From contig NGBS01000871.1 of NCBI GenBank assembly GCA_002245135.1, positions 496,001 to 560,000 of the forward strand: DNA of 64,000 bases. The letters are read 5' to 3'. Below the pieces are notes generated by a model. It saw only the letters and a program-made list of their open reading frames with translations, was not told the DNA's origin and ran no database searches. Below are positions 39,701-53,389 of the stretch, piece by piece. This DNA is from Proteromonas lacertae. Taxonomy: Eukaryota. Made by a program: the position numbers and the translations under genes. Each line of letters starts with the position of its first letter. Within the stretch, counting starts at the first letter, position 1.

Positions 39701-42700
39701 AACAAATGATTTAGCTTGAGTTGGAACTTCAAACATTCCTGATGAAACAGTGTTAACATTTGTTTCAAAATTGTTACTATCAGCAATAGCTTCATGAAAT
39801 GAGGTAATAATATAATTATTAGGTAAATAATCAGGGTTAATGTTCTTTATATCATCTCCATCTAAAAATGCATGAATAATTGGGAATCTTTTGGCTGTAA
39901 TTCCTTTACTTCCAAGTATATTTATTAAATCAACATCATCTCCATTTGTACAAGCACTTATTAATACTAAACCTTCACTTGATTCTCGTACTAAATTTAA
40001 TACATATTCTAAACTTCTAGCTGTTACTTTTCCTCTAAGATTTGTATTATAACGATTCAATATTCCTTCTGTCAAATAAGCAACTTCTTTACCTTCTGTT
40101 GTTTCTGAATAAATGATTAAAAATTCTTTTCCTATTTGTAAAGCCAATAATGCAATTCCTCTTGCTATTTCACTAGGTGTTACATAATAATGGTATGAAT
40201 AGTGGGTGCAGAAATTTTCACTGAATTTGGGGAAATCTATTAAAAATTGATCAGCTTTCTCTTCAGTCATTTTTTCATTGTAAAATAATATGGCCTTTTC
40301 TTTAAATCCTGTAAATGTAAATAAAATATTATCACTTACTCTCATTTCATTTATATACTCCCAACATTTGTCCAACGTATTTTCATCACATTGTTTTGAT
40401 ATGACATTTATATAACTTCCCAATAATCCATGTTCTTGGTTTATCTTCATAACTGCATAAGCTGAAGTATATAATAATATCTTTTCACTTTTATAGTCAC
40501 TAATAATAAGACTCATCGATTTAACATCTTGATTTTGTTCTATTTTTTCACCATTTTGAAAATAACAACTTTTATACGATGTATCAGAATTTGATAATGA
40601 ATATACTTCACCTGGTGTTAATGTGCTTTGGTCTTCAATAATAAATGTTGGATCTTTATTTCCTTTACTTTTAGCTCTATACGCAAAATGCTGTAATCGA
40701 TGGTTATTTGCATAACTTATTTTACCTTCTGGTGAGTCATATTCTACATTTTCTAACTCCAATATAATTTCACGAGGATCATTCACATTCTTTGTTTTTG
40801 TAAGTGCAATATATACCATCTGTAATGATGTATATAAATATTCCATCTCAGGAGTGATGTAAGTATCTTCTGATAATCTTTTTCTTATTTTTTCAATAAA
40901 GTCTCTATTGGCATCATTATCAATTTCAGGGAAGTATGGAGAAATAGCATAAAATGGAGTTACTAAATTCTGTACTGGGATTCTATATGAACTAAGAATC
41001 ACAATTCTTGTTCCTGTTATCCTATAGAATATTCGATCTATTTGTAAAGCAAGCGCAGAAGGACCAGCATAAAATACAATTGTTCCTTTTGGCATATTTT
41101 CATAAGGAAGTAAATCAGTTAATTGGAAATTATCATCAATAACAAGATTGAAAAACGGATTGACTAGAAATTTTGCTAATTGTCTAGCTATATATTGAGA
41201 TTCTGCTTGATAAGCTAAGATAGCTACAGCTGGTGGATCTAAATACAATATTTGAGAAATAGCACTATCATATTGAGCAAAATCAAAAGTTGCTGAGAAA
41301 TATTTAAACTCACATAGTTCACCCAATTCTCTACTGAAACTAATAAATATTGCTTTACCATCATCTAATTTCATATTATTTATACATCCATATGTTGGTG
41401 TTCCAAAAATTGCAATAACTGTATTTTTATATTTATTTACTAAGTCTATACAAACATTATCATCTGATTTTGTATCTTCCAACATATAAGTTAAAGTATA
41501 ATCCAATTGATTATTCGCTTGGATCTGTGCAAAGAATTCTTCAATTACTGTAACAGTTCCAATATAATATTCAGCTTCTTTACCTGTCAAAGATAGTAAG
41601 AATAACACAGCATTTACTTTATCATCTAATGCTTCATCTTTAATTCTAAAATCACAATAATATTCATAGCTACTTGCATATAACTTATTATAAGCTGATG
41701 GAATTATTCTTGAATTAAATGGTAGTAAAGTATCTATGTCTCCTTCATGATCATATTTTCCAACATAAATACCTCTAATAACATGATTATTATGTTTAAT
41801 AGATAATCTTTCAATAAAACCTTGGATTTCAGTATCATATAATTGAACTCTTAAATCATCAGCCGTTATTGTACTTTCTGATTTCCTTTTATTAACAGCA
41901 AAATATGCTTTTTGGAAGAAAATCACTGCTTCAAAAGCCCTAGCAAAAGTTCCATCAACTTTTTCAAATGATGAATAATGTCTAACAACATCATCATAAT
42001 ACGATTTAATTCCTGGAAAGTAGCTATCTACTACTAATACATTACTATAATCATCAATAGAAGCATAAGTTTCTATTTCAGTATTATCATTATTTAAAGA
42101 CACAATATATATATGTGAAGTACTACCAATATAACTTCTAGCAACTTTTACTAAATTTGAGAATATCATTGCATTTAAACTACATACTATATAACCACCA
42201 TCACTTAATAATTCTACTGCATTTAGTAATAAACTATTATCAATTGTACTAAGTGTATCTGATACAAATGTACTTCCTTTTATATTGATAATTCCTTTAT
42301 AAATACCTTCAGTTAGATTGAATAATGTTTTAGAATAATTATCATCCATGCCAAAGTAATAAATTGCTTTATTTCCTGTTGTGGAGATGATATAATTCAT
42401 CATTGTTTCCAAGTATTGATTGGGTAATAAACCTAATGAAATAATCATTTTATTACATTTTTGACCTTCTTCTTTAGCAGTTGTGAAGAGTAAAATATCA
42501 TTTGCATTTACTTTATCTTTAATTACACTTAAACATTTCTCTTCTCTACATGCGAAGATCGCTTTCGTTTGATTATTATTGATAGTATTATTGTGATATA
42601 TATTGTCTAATATTGTATTTATATATTCATAATCATTATCATATTCATAAGTATCAATTATTATAGCTTTATCCTCATTCTCTTGATTATAAAATTGAAC

Positions 42701-45700
42701 TGAAATATCAATTCCATTAAACCAGTTTATTTCCATTTTATCATCTCTTTTATTCAATATAACTGCGATATGAATTGATTCTCTTTCATAAGTCCCATTT
42801 TCAGCTATTTCACTTTGCCAATCACAAACTGTTATTGGATCATTGTATAATGAATAAACAGTAGGATAAGAGACTTGATATGAATTATTATAAGCTAAAT
42901 ATAACTGTCCATCTTGAAATCTATATAAACTGATTGGTTTTCTTAACATATTATTTGAATTAATTATTGTTTTACCAACGATTGTTTTGAATTCTTTACC
43001 ATATATATCATCCATAAAACTATTCATATCTTTTATATTCTTATTTCCAGCTAATTCATAGTAATAGATCTGCATTACTGCAAATGATAACATTACATAT
43101 TCATCATTGTATTTGATAGAAGTAAATAATTCATATAAGTATTTATATTCATTAGATTCTGTATCACAAGGATAAGCCCAAATATATGAATAAAATGGAT
43201 ATTTAAACCGACTAGCATATGCAAATTTCTCTGTTTTACTAAAGTAAGTATAAATAATAAAGTTTGGAGGTATCAAGCCTTTTCCAACAAATACATCAAA
43301 CAGCATCTTAGATCCATCATGTGTAATTAAATTAACAATAATTCCGTTAGTTAAAGAAGATTTTATAAAATCAGCAACACTATTCATATTGGTCACAACA
43401 TCTGATATTTTTCTAATTATAATATTATAACCAAATCGTATTAATTCAGGATATATAACATTAAAAGCTTCAGTTGATCTCTCTGAAGGATCATATAATA
43501 AAACTACATTAGATGAAATATTACTGAATGTTCTAGAAAATGCGAAATTATTATGCAAAGATTCACTCATATAAACAATTTCTTTATTACATCTTTCACC
43601 TACAGTTCTTTTAATATAGAAATATAAAATATGATATTCCTTATATAATTCCAACACTTCTTCTTCCCTAAAATTGTTAGTAAAACCTCCTAGAATTATG
43701 CTTCCTAATACTCTGCCTTCTTTCATTGTCATTTCACCAAAATCTGTAATTTCTTTTTTATACTTTTCTAAATCACTTTCATCAATTAAATATGGTATTA
43801 AATAACATCCCAGTGACTTAGCAGAATCGTGATTGTTTATAAACTCCAAAGCACCTATGGTTCCTCTAACAACTTGTACTGAATCATATATATCAAGACG
43901 AGTAAAGGATGATGATATACCAATATGACAAACAGGAGGCTCGTAATCATCCGTTACATAAGTAGTCCAATCACAAATTCTTCTTGTTTTTTCATTGATT
44001 CTATTGAAATATGGATTTCCTTGTAAACCAGATGATAATTCAATAATTTCATCATCTTCTCGATCTTTATTGATTAATACTAAAAATATTGATTGATGAA
44101 TATGATTAGATGAATCAATACTCACTAAGCCAACTGGAGTTCTTAAAGAAGTACTATAAATCAATGGCAAAACTGCATTAAAATCTATTACTGTTAATCT
44201 ACTCAATACAGAAACCCATGTAGTTAATAAACTATGAGCCAAAGCATCAATATAATGGAATTCTTTTTCTGGAAATGCTTCTTGTACATCATTCTTAAAC
44301 GCTACATTTTCTGGAGTATCTAAATATGGAATATAGTTTAAAACTACATAATTACCTTCATCAACATCTCTATTGATTTTATCAACATCTCTGTAAGAAT
44401 AACTAACAAATTGTATTGGTATATCTTTACCTGTACCTTCTTCAAATATTTTGAATTTCTTTAACAATCTTTGATGGAATTTTGGTGATAAAAATGATAT
44501 TACTAAACCACCTGTTAATTGCAATCCATTACATATATTATAAACAACATTCTTTATCTCTTCATCAATGATTGTTTGTTCATCTTTAAATATATAAGTG
44601 TCAAACGTTTTCTGATGGAAATCATTCAATATGTTCTTAGCGATTGGTAAATAAGCGCTATATTCTGACGTTTTTGATGAGACGATATAATATCTTTCAT
44701 AACCTTTGGATATTAACTCTAACATAGTTGGCATCAATATTTGATAAGGAGATGGATAGGCTGATAATATCAATTGTTTACAAACTTCACCTGGATTAAA
44801 ACCGAATGTAATCATCATCATTCCTGTTGGTGCAAATGCTCGACTCATAAATTCGATCTTTTCAGCATCACAATTTGAAAATATTACAACGGCTATATAT
44901 ATATATATTAAAATATTATATTATATAAATACTATGAGTTTCAGCTAAATGAACAGCTTTATCCGCAATATATTCAAACGTTGCTGGACATCCTAAATAT
45001 GAAAATATCAATTCTTTACCCAACATTCCACCTTTCAAATTGATTGTATTAACAACTCCTTGCATTAAAATAGCTAAACTTCCAGTCTCTTCATATTTCT
45101 TTTCATAATCACCAATAAAGTAAATATTCAAATAATTTGATTCTCTATGTCCAACACTATCAAAACTAGACCAATCACAAGTCTCAAAATTAGTTAATAA
45201 TGGTAAATAAACCATTGGGAAAATAGCAAATTGATATTGGAACTTAATATGAATATCATACTTATTGGTATTATCATTATATTCAACAACTCCAATCACA
45301 ATATGATGGTCAACATGGTTAGATGTAAATAATACAATATCACCTTCAGGAGTATCAATTGGACGATTATACAAGCCTCTTCTTTGTACAGTACCTGATA
45401 ATGAATTAGTCAATTCAACGGACTTCTTAATAACAAGAAATGATTCGTATAACATAACAGCAGTAGTTGATAACATCACAGATACATCTCCATAGAATGT
45501 TTTAATGAATGTTTGTAACATCATATTCTGTTCATTTTCTCTCTCTGAGAAATACATACCTGGTACATATACTTTATCATATAATTCTTTATGTTGTGAT
45601 TCAGATAATATCTTTTCATCAATATCAAATGCAACAATTCTATGAGTAGCTCTATTTGTAAATACATATTCTAAAGCACCTAATATTTCTTCAGTTTGGG

Positions 45701-47365
45701 AAGGTGGTAATACGATGAAAAATACTGCATCACTCATAATCTGTGGATGTTTTTGTGCATAATAACCAAAATAATGTGTAAAACTTGGAAATGGAGTACC
45801 TTCATCAATCATTTCTTTAATTGCAGAATACCACACTATATCAGTGTTTTGATCATTCACACAGCATGGAGCTTCAAATCTTTGTGTATAGGACATCAAA
45901 AATCCAGCAGAAACAAGAGATTCTGGATTTTTTTCATCACCAATTATCACTATATGTTCAGTCATTCTTAACATTGATATTAAAGCGAATGACAGTCGTT
46001 GAAACAAGCCTGGACCAAGCATTATAATATTCTTATTACATTCTGATTCAAAGATTGTAGATGGTACAAATAATAACTTATCAACTTCAACTAAAGTTTG
46101 ACTAATTGCAGTACGTTGAGCTGAAGATGAAGTACCTAAAAAGCAGAGAGAAGTATCAGGATATAACTCTACAAAACTTTTAACAGCATTTACATAAGTA
46201 GAAATATCATTATATTTGACATTTCCATAATGTAATAATATTTTTTTATTATTGATAGTTTGCCTATTGATTATTTGTATAACATAATCTAAATCCGATA
46301 GTTGATCATAATCATGTGAGAAATCATATAATACACCAATATGATAATAATTTTGTTCTTGAATATTATCTAATCCCAAATCTATATGTTATCATTATTA
46401 TTATTATTATATATATATACCTTCATCGTAGGAGAAATCACATAAATATGTGTTATTAGTATAAGCTAAAGCATCAGCAATCCAAGTACCTGGGAAATAA
46501 AGTGTTTGAGTATTCTATATAAATATAAATAATATATTAAATACATAATGTATAATAGATAATTGACTTCCACCATAATTGTTTGGATTTAATACATAGA
46601 CTAAATCATCATCTAATATCAGTGGATAATTGTATAAAAACTTCTGATACTGTTCAATAACATCCATTCCACCAAAACTAGCAGCTCTTAACCATAAATT
46701 AATAATTGCATATATGGTTACTATCTTTGAATTAACAATTGCTTCTCTTCCTAATTTCTCATTGAATCTATTACGTATATATGCATTTACTCTTGAATTG
46801 GTTTTATTATTATATGTCATTCCCATGAAGTAATAAGTATCTGGAATTGTTAATCCATTCATATCATATTCTGTTGTCATTACACTGATAACTATATATT
46901 TTGGATCATTTACTCCATCTATTATTGTTTTCAAATATTCACCTTCAGCTAAGTTTATAATTGTTATTCCATTTGGAGCTGATTCATCTAATGAATTCTT
47001 TAACCTTGCTTCATCAGCATTTGCTAATACAGTATATTTGCCTACAATCTTGATAGAATGAGATTCAAAGATGGTTGTTAAAACTTCACCTGCTGTTACA
47101 GACACTGAAGTGGAACTAACGATTAGAAACACTTTAGTCTCCTTTTCAGCTCTGAAATAATCCACTAATTGATCTGCATATTGATTGGCTGATATTCCAG
47201 TGTAAAAAAATATAATTAAAGAAAATATTTAATTGATAATAAATTATATTTAACAAAAAAAGATATCATTACAACATTTTTATAACATTTTTCTCCTTCT
47301 TCAAAGCCAAAATCAAAGACTAAAATATCTTTATTATACATTTGAATAACTATTACAATAATAAT

Positions 47366-47404
<39 letters not shown>

Positions 47405-48879
47405 TATTTAACACTTTTTCTTTAACTGTATTTTTCAACATCATTATCACTAGATTCAACATTCTTGTATTTTTATAATCATTTATTACGTTATTCACAT
47501 TCTTTGTAGTTATAATCAATTCCACATTCGGCATTTGATCTATTGACATTAAATAAGACATTTCGCTCCATAATAACATCAATGACATGATATTATCATT
47601 AGAATCAGTATCTGAATACATAAAATCGCCATATAACATAACTACAGTTGCATCTGTATGAGATGATCTTTCAATTATTCCATACATGTTGTTACAACCA
47701 AATGGTTTTGTATTTGGCTTGCCATAATGATATAAAGGATCAAACCATATGTATAATAGTGTAAAAAATATTGTTGGTTTACATACTTGTGTTGAATCCA
47801 TTTCATATTTCACTATAAAGTAATTTACATCTCCATGAAAATCGGCTTTCACTTTGATTTTAGTTTCATTATTAAATGTTTCATATTCTTTATTCATTAA
47901 TCCACTGATAACTGATTCATAATCAACTGATCTAACTTTGTCTAACACTTTCTTATACACTTCCATCATTACTATAAACTGATATAAATGATTTTCTTTT
48001 ATTACATCAGTAGAATATTTTTTTAACTCCTCATTTACTGTTTCAACTGAAACAAATGATAATAAATGATAATTAGTGACAGTTGAACCTAAATTTGTAG
48101 AATCTTTAAACTCATGAATCAATGGCGAATGAAACATTTCCACTTTTTTGGTCAAAGATGGAATTACATCAATAACAATATCTACTAGTGTATCTTCTGA
48201 AACTAAGTTTACTACAGTGTCATCATCATTATAACCATCAATTTTTGCTGTTAAAGCACCAGCTACAGTTGCATCTATTGTCATATTTTCATAATTTTTA
48301 AAACCGTATAAGTCAAGCACTTCTGTAAAATAATTGTAATAATAATTTGAGGCTGGTGTATCGTCTTTTAATATCAACATCTGCTTATTCAGCTTGTGAA
48401 ACAAGATATATTCAGCATCTACAACAAGGAAAAATAAAAATAGAATTTATACATCGGTATGCTACAGCTTTACTTGAACTGTAAAATACTACGTTCTTTA
48501 AACATATAGAAGACATATCTTCAGTTCCACAGAACAACAACGTATTATACCATCCAATAATATCATAGTCTTTTGTCTGATTAACATTAATAAAATTACA
48601 ATATGAAAAAACAGCTACTACATCTTTCTTCACAAAATCTTCCCAAATTGAGGTAAAATTATGAGCTAAATTAGAAACATCATAGGTCTTTACAACGGCA
48701 GTAAATTCTTCATTCATTCCTAATCTGTCTTTCAGTTTAAGTACAAAATTGTCAAAAACCTTTTTCATATCATCTTGATGATCTTGTTCTATTGATGCAT
48801 CAGCTATATAACCAATTTTATAAGCAAAAATGCCTGTAATATACAATAAAAATATCAAAAATAATAATTCTCGTTTCAT
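36788..48879 (-). CDS. Giant class C (GABA-B/Grl-like) GPCR with nine tandem UrtA/AmiC-type periplasmic-binding (Venus flytrap) domains, about 3,942 aa
   Basis: Signal peptide MKRELLFLIFLLYITGIFA. Introns at 48419-48452, 47350-47404, 47202-47266 (AT-AC), 46515-46544, 46382-46420 and 44893-44932 give an 11,829-nt open frame. Repeated EGxxC...G..PNQ, (T/S)PxG...NH and CD(W/F) motifs. The 7TM contains VVRCSSPPFM, SIMFSKAWRIHKLF and KVRKASKEYNES. Confidence 0.88.
47202..47266 (-). other. U12-type AT-AC intron (65 nt) in the giant GPCR
   Basis: Donor ATATCTTTT, branch TTCTTTAAT, acceptor TTTTAC. Removal gives EEGEKCYKNVVM|TGISANQY, which has the same spacing as the paralogous EEGQKCNKMIISLGLLPNQY. 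Confidence 0.88.
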
Positions 48880-49198
48880 GTTCGTTATACTTTTGGGGGT
48901 TCGAAAAATAGAACTTAGCATTTTGTTTTTCATGTGATACAGAAAAGAGACAAGACTAATGTTAAAAAGTACAATGCATATTTGTATTATATATTTCAAA
49001 AAAAAGAAAACTATTCACTTTATTCACATTTCTCAATCGTCATTATTGTTATTATTATTCAATCGATTTCTTCTTTTAGCTATAGTGCATAGCAAAAGAA
49101 ATAAACATTTTAGTTATAATGATTTTGGCTTTTGGTTATGATTTGGTGTGTAATTGACATGTAAATTTTCAAAATAATTTTGAATTTTTTCAAAAATA

Positions 49199-50466
49199 AT
49201 GGGTTGTACTGAATCTAAATCTGAGTATAAGGTCTATTAATATTTGTGATGTAGTCGCAAAAAGCAATATATTACCGATGAAAAACCAGATAAAACAAAA
49301 CAACAAAATGTTTCTTCTTCTTCTGTTGTTACTTTTCCTAGTTTCACAAATGATTGCCTGAATTCTGTAACATATGGTGATTCTGTCAATGAATTTTATT
49401 GTGTTGGAGAAGATAAAGCAATTCACTTAGTTAACTGGAAAACACACGAACAAAAATTCCCATGGTTAGAACATGACAAATCAGTAAATTGTATCAGACA
49501 TAGTCCAAAATCTAATATGTTTTGTACATCATCTCGTGATTTAACCATCAAAATATGGCAGCCATCCAGCAATAATTCAATAGCTACATTAAAAGGTCAT
49601 AATATGAATATACCAGCTATTGATTTATCAATAAACGATGAATTATGCAGTGGATCAAGAGATTATGAAATATCCTATTTTTTTATTAAATCTAAATAAG
49701 TTTGAATTAATTAATAAAAGTAAAACTTTGGGATATAGAAACATGTAAAGAAACTCAAAGTAGAACAATCTCTAGAAATATAGTCACCTGTATAAAATGG
49801 TTTTCAGATGGAACAAGGATAGCACAAGTATAGTTATAAATATATTATAAATGAACAGGGAAGTGAAGATTTATCATTAAAAATTTGGGATACTAAAAGC
49901 AACAATTTAAACCTCCTTGAAACTCTTAAAGATTATATTTATTTCCCTCTATCACTAGATATCGATAACACTGATAATTATATATTAACATCGTCTAAAG
50001 GATTCGATGGTGTTGGATGTGAGTTGAAACTATGGGATATGAGAGAATTGAAAGTAATTTATACAATGACAGGTCATACTCAAGATACAACTTGTTGCTG
50101 TATTGTTAATGTTAATAATAAGATGTTTGGATGCTCTTGTTCGAAAGATGAATCGATAAAAACATGGGATTTGAATAGTGGTAAAATAATCAGTGATATT
50201 CGACAGAATTCATCTATATTTTTGTCACTTTCTTATAGAAAAGATAGTATCTATTTATTTATTATGTATATATGTATATAGCTGAACATAATAAAGTATA
50301 TATTTATGCAACAACCAACAGTGGAGAGTATTAATTGAATTTTATTATTTTTAATAGTATACTTGTATATGAAATGAATAATGAAGGTATATTAAGTTTA
50401 TTGGTTAAGACAGAACAAATGAATAATGGTAATATAAAGAATGAAGGTGGATTTTCAAATATATAG
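49199..50466 (+). CDS. WDR31: WD40-repeat protein WDR31-like with N-terminal MGC acylation motif
   Basis: MGCTESKS start, SRDLTIKIW, CSGSRDYE|VKLWD, SRNIVTCIKW, QGSEDLSLKIWD and TSSKGFDGVGCELKLWDMR. Confidence 0.8.
49670..49719 (+). other. Probable U12-type AT-AA intron (50 nt) in WDR31
   Basis: Donor ATATCCT matches the U12 consensus. Removal gives the WD40 motif SGSRDYE|VKLWD. Use of the adjacent AG would place TAA in frame. Confidence 0.7.
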
Positions 50467-50567
50467 TGATTATTATACTTTCTTTTAATTTATGTAATAC
50501 TTATCTTGAATCTTTATAAGCATTAATAATATTAAAAGAAAAGGATTTATGTCATAAATTAGTTAAT

Positions 50568-51813
50568 TCAGTACATTTGTGTATTTTTATTTATAATTCG
50601 AAGAATACTAATCATTTTGTTCTAAATTATAATATAATATAATATTAAAAATATACTTTCATTTCTCTTATCTCATCTTCTAATATTCCTATACTTGTCT
50701 CATGTTTCATTGCCATCTGTGTTTGATTGGCTATTTGCCTATATTGCCCTTGATTTCCTTGGATAATTGACTGAATTGCATTATAATCCTTTTTCAATTG
50801 TTGAAACTATTAAATGAAAAATAAAAAATATACTTGATCATCCATTATAACATCCCTATTTTGACTTGTTTTATCAACTTCATTAATTTGAATAAAGCAT
50901 TCACTCAATTGTGATTGTTGCTCTCTCCATAAGTTTTCTAACGTTTTTAAACGATCATCAAATTCATTCATTACTTGTTGAGTTTTATCTCTGAAATTTG
51001 TTGCTGCTAATTCTCTTTCTGTTCTTAATTTTTGATCTTGAGTGATTGCAGTCTCAAAATCAGCTCTTCTTTGATTTGTTTTATTTATATCTTTTATTAA
51101 TTCATTTATTTTTGTGTTTGTTTTTGATAATTCTTCACTCACTCTTTTGGACATTTCTTTTGTCAAAATTGCTACTTTCTGCTCACATTCTTGTATTTTA
51201 TCTGTTACTTTTAATATTTCAATGTTGGAACTTGATGATAATGCGTTTAATGATTCTGAATCTTTTATTATCATTTGATCGTGTGTGTTTAATTTTGATT
51301 CTATTCCTTTTATTCTTATTTCCATTTTTTCTATTACACATAAATAATTATTAATAATAAATATACGCATAGACAACTGTATATTTTCAAACATGTCATT
51401 CATTTTCTATTATTATTATCATCATAATGTTATATTTTTATACATTTATTCCTATCTGTAGTGTGTCAATTTTAGCCATTAAGTATGAACCACTATCAGC
51501 TGTGACTATTTGTTGTGGTGGTGGTTTTGCATATGTGGTATTTGATGTACTTGGTGTTGATTTTAATGAGTCCTTAATCTAATTATGTAAACATCGTCTG
51601 ATTATACTTGTGCTAATTCACTCATAATCCAATCTACCGATACATTATTCCTGGACATTTGTGATGGATTGAATGCTGAATAATGTGTATCATCTAAACC
51701 TAAATCATTAAAATTGATAAAATTACCTGATGCTCCTACAGGATTTGGTGGTCTGAAACCAAATGCCTATTTCATTATATTATTTATGCTCTATATACAG
51801 AAAACGAATCCAT
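50568..51813 (-). CDS. Uncharacterised coiled-coil protein
   Basis: ATG at 51813. About six GT-AG introns link to ORF 50810-51403. TGA at 50568. Confidence 0.65.
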
Positions 51814-52000
51814 TTATTGACAGTTAATGAAATTAGCCGTTATTTTTTGAAGTGTTTTTCACTTTTTCTCATTAATAAATGTCATATAGAATTGTATTCA
51901 TACTCATATGAGATTATTACAGTATCATTATTAGAATCATAACAAAAAATAACATTTAAAATCAATAAATATTAAAATTAATAAAAAACATAAAGACCAC

Positions 52001-53336
52001 TTATTTTCCTCCTGCCTTATTCAAGCATTGGTATATATGATACTGTTTCTGAATAATTGCTTCTGAAGATGGAGTACATCCCAATTCATCTTCTATATTG
52101 GGATTTGCACCATATTGTAACAATAATTCTACTAACTCTAATGATGCTTGTCTGACTGCAATATGCAACAAACTTCTACAAGGTGATTCACTATCTTTTG
52201 TATCAGGAGAGACTCCCTCTCTCAACAATTCTTCCACTTTATCTATTTTCCCATACTTCACATAAATCAACATAGTCTTCTCCATAGTCTTCAACTTAAT
52301 TTGTTGTTTAGAATCTGATCGATCTATTAAGTGTTGGAATATCTTTCTATTCTCTCTTGCTCTCCATATTAACTTTGTATTCATATTTGGTGATTTTGTA
52401 GGAGTAGGAATTGGTTTTTTATTCTTATATCTCTTTTTCTTATTATTATGGATTGGTTGATCATACTCTATTCTTATTGTTTGTAAACATGGAGCTGATT
52501 GGCTAATAATTGGTGGATTAATATTGTTATTATTATTATTATTATTACTGTTGTGTTCTAATACTATTTCTTCAGTAAATTCTAAATCTTTTTCTGCTTC
52601 TGTTGGTTGGTATTTTTCAGGTAAAGTGTAAAGATTGTGATTTGCACTTCTCTATAATGAAAAAACAAATAAAATATAAATAATTATACAATTCTACTAA
52701 TTCTACCTGTCTCATACTTTTCAGCTGCATTATTTCTATGTAATCTTTCTACACTATCCGTTACATCTTTTAATAATTCATGTAAGTCATTTCTATTGGT
52801 CAAAACTGGAGCTGAACTTTGAGGTCTTCTTATTAGTTTCTTCTTTAGAACAATATTTGAGCTTTTTGCACTATGAATTCTTCTCTTTTTATTGGCTAAT
52901 GGTGATTTACTAGGCGATCTATTATTATTATTACTATTATATAAAGGAGGTTTTTCTGAATTATCTGCTATTTCTGATGGTTTAACTGTAGATTGATTAA
53001 TATCAGGTGAACTGGAAGCTGGTCTCATATGTGTTTTTACATGTGGATATAGTGGATGAGATCGTAATTGAGCTGACTGTGGTTTTCTCTTTGACTTATT
53101 AGGAGAAACAACTGGACTGATTGATCTTTTATTTTTGGCTTTTCTTTGTAATTGTGTGGGTGAAAGTTTTCTTTGTATTGATCTTCTTAGATCACCATCT
53201 TCATTGTTATTCACATTTGTATTATCACTAATGTCACTAATATCACTATTTTTACTTTGAGTCCTTGAATATACTCTTCGTGAATTCATATTTTCTTCCA
53301 ACATCATTAAAGCTATTTAAAAGAAAAATTAAAATG

Positions 53337-53389
<53 letters not shown>

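Noticed and set aside
48880..48999. ORF-track N-terminal extension of the GPCR first exon
   Set aside because: The ATG at 48879 directly precedes a clean signal peptide, so the upstream part is more likely UTR or promoter.
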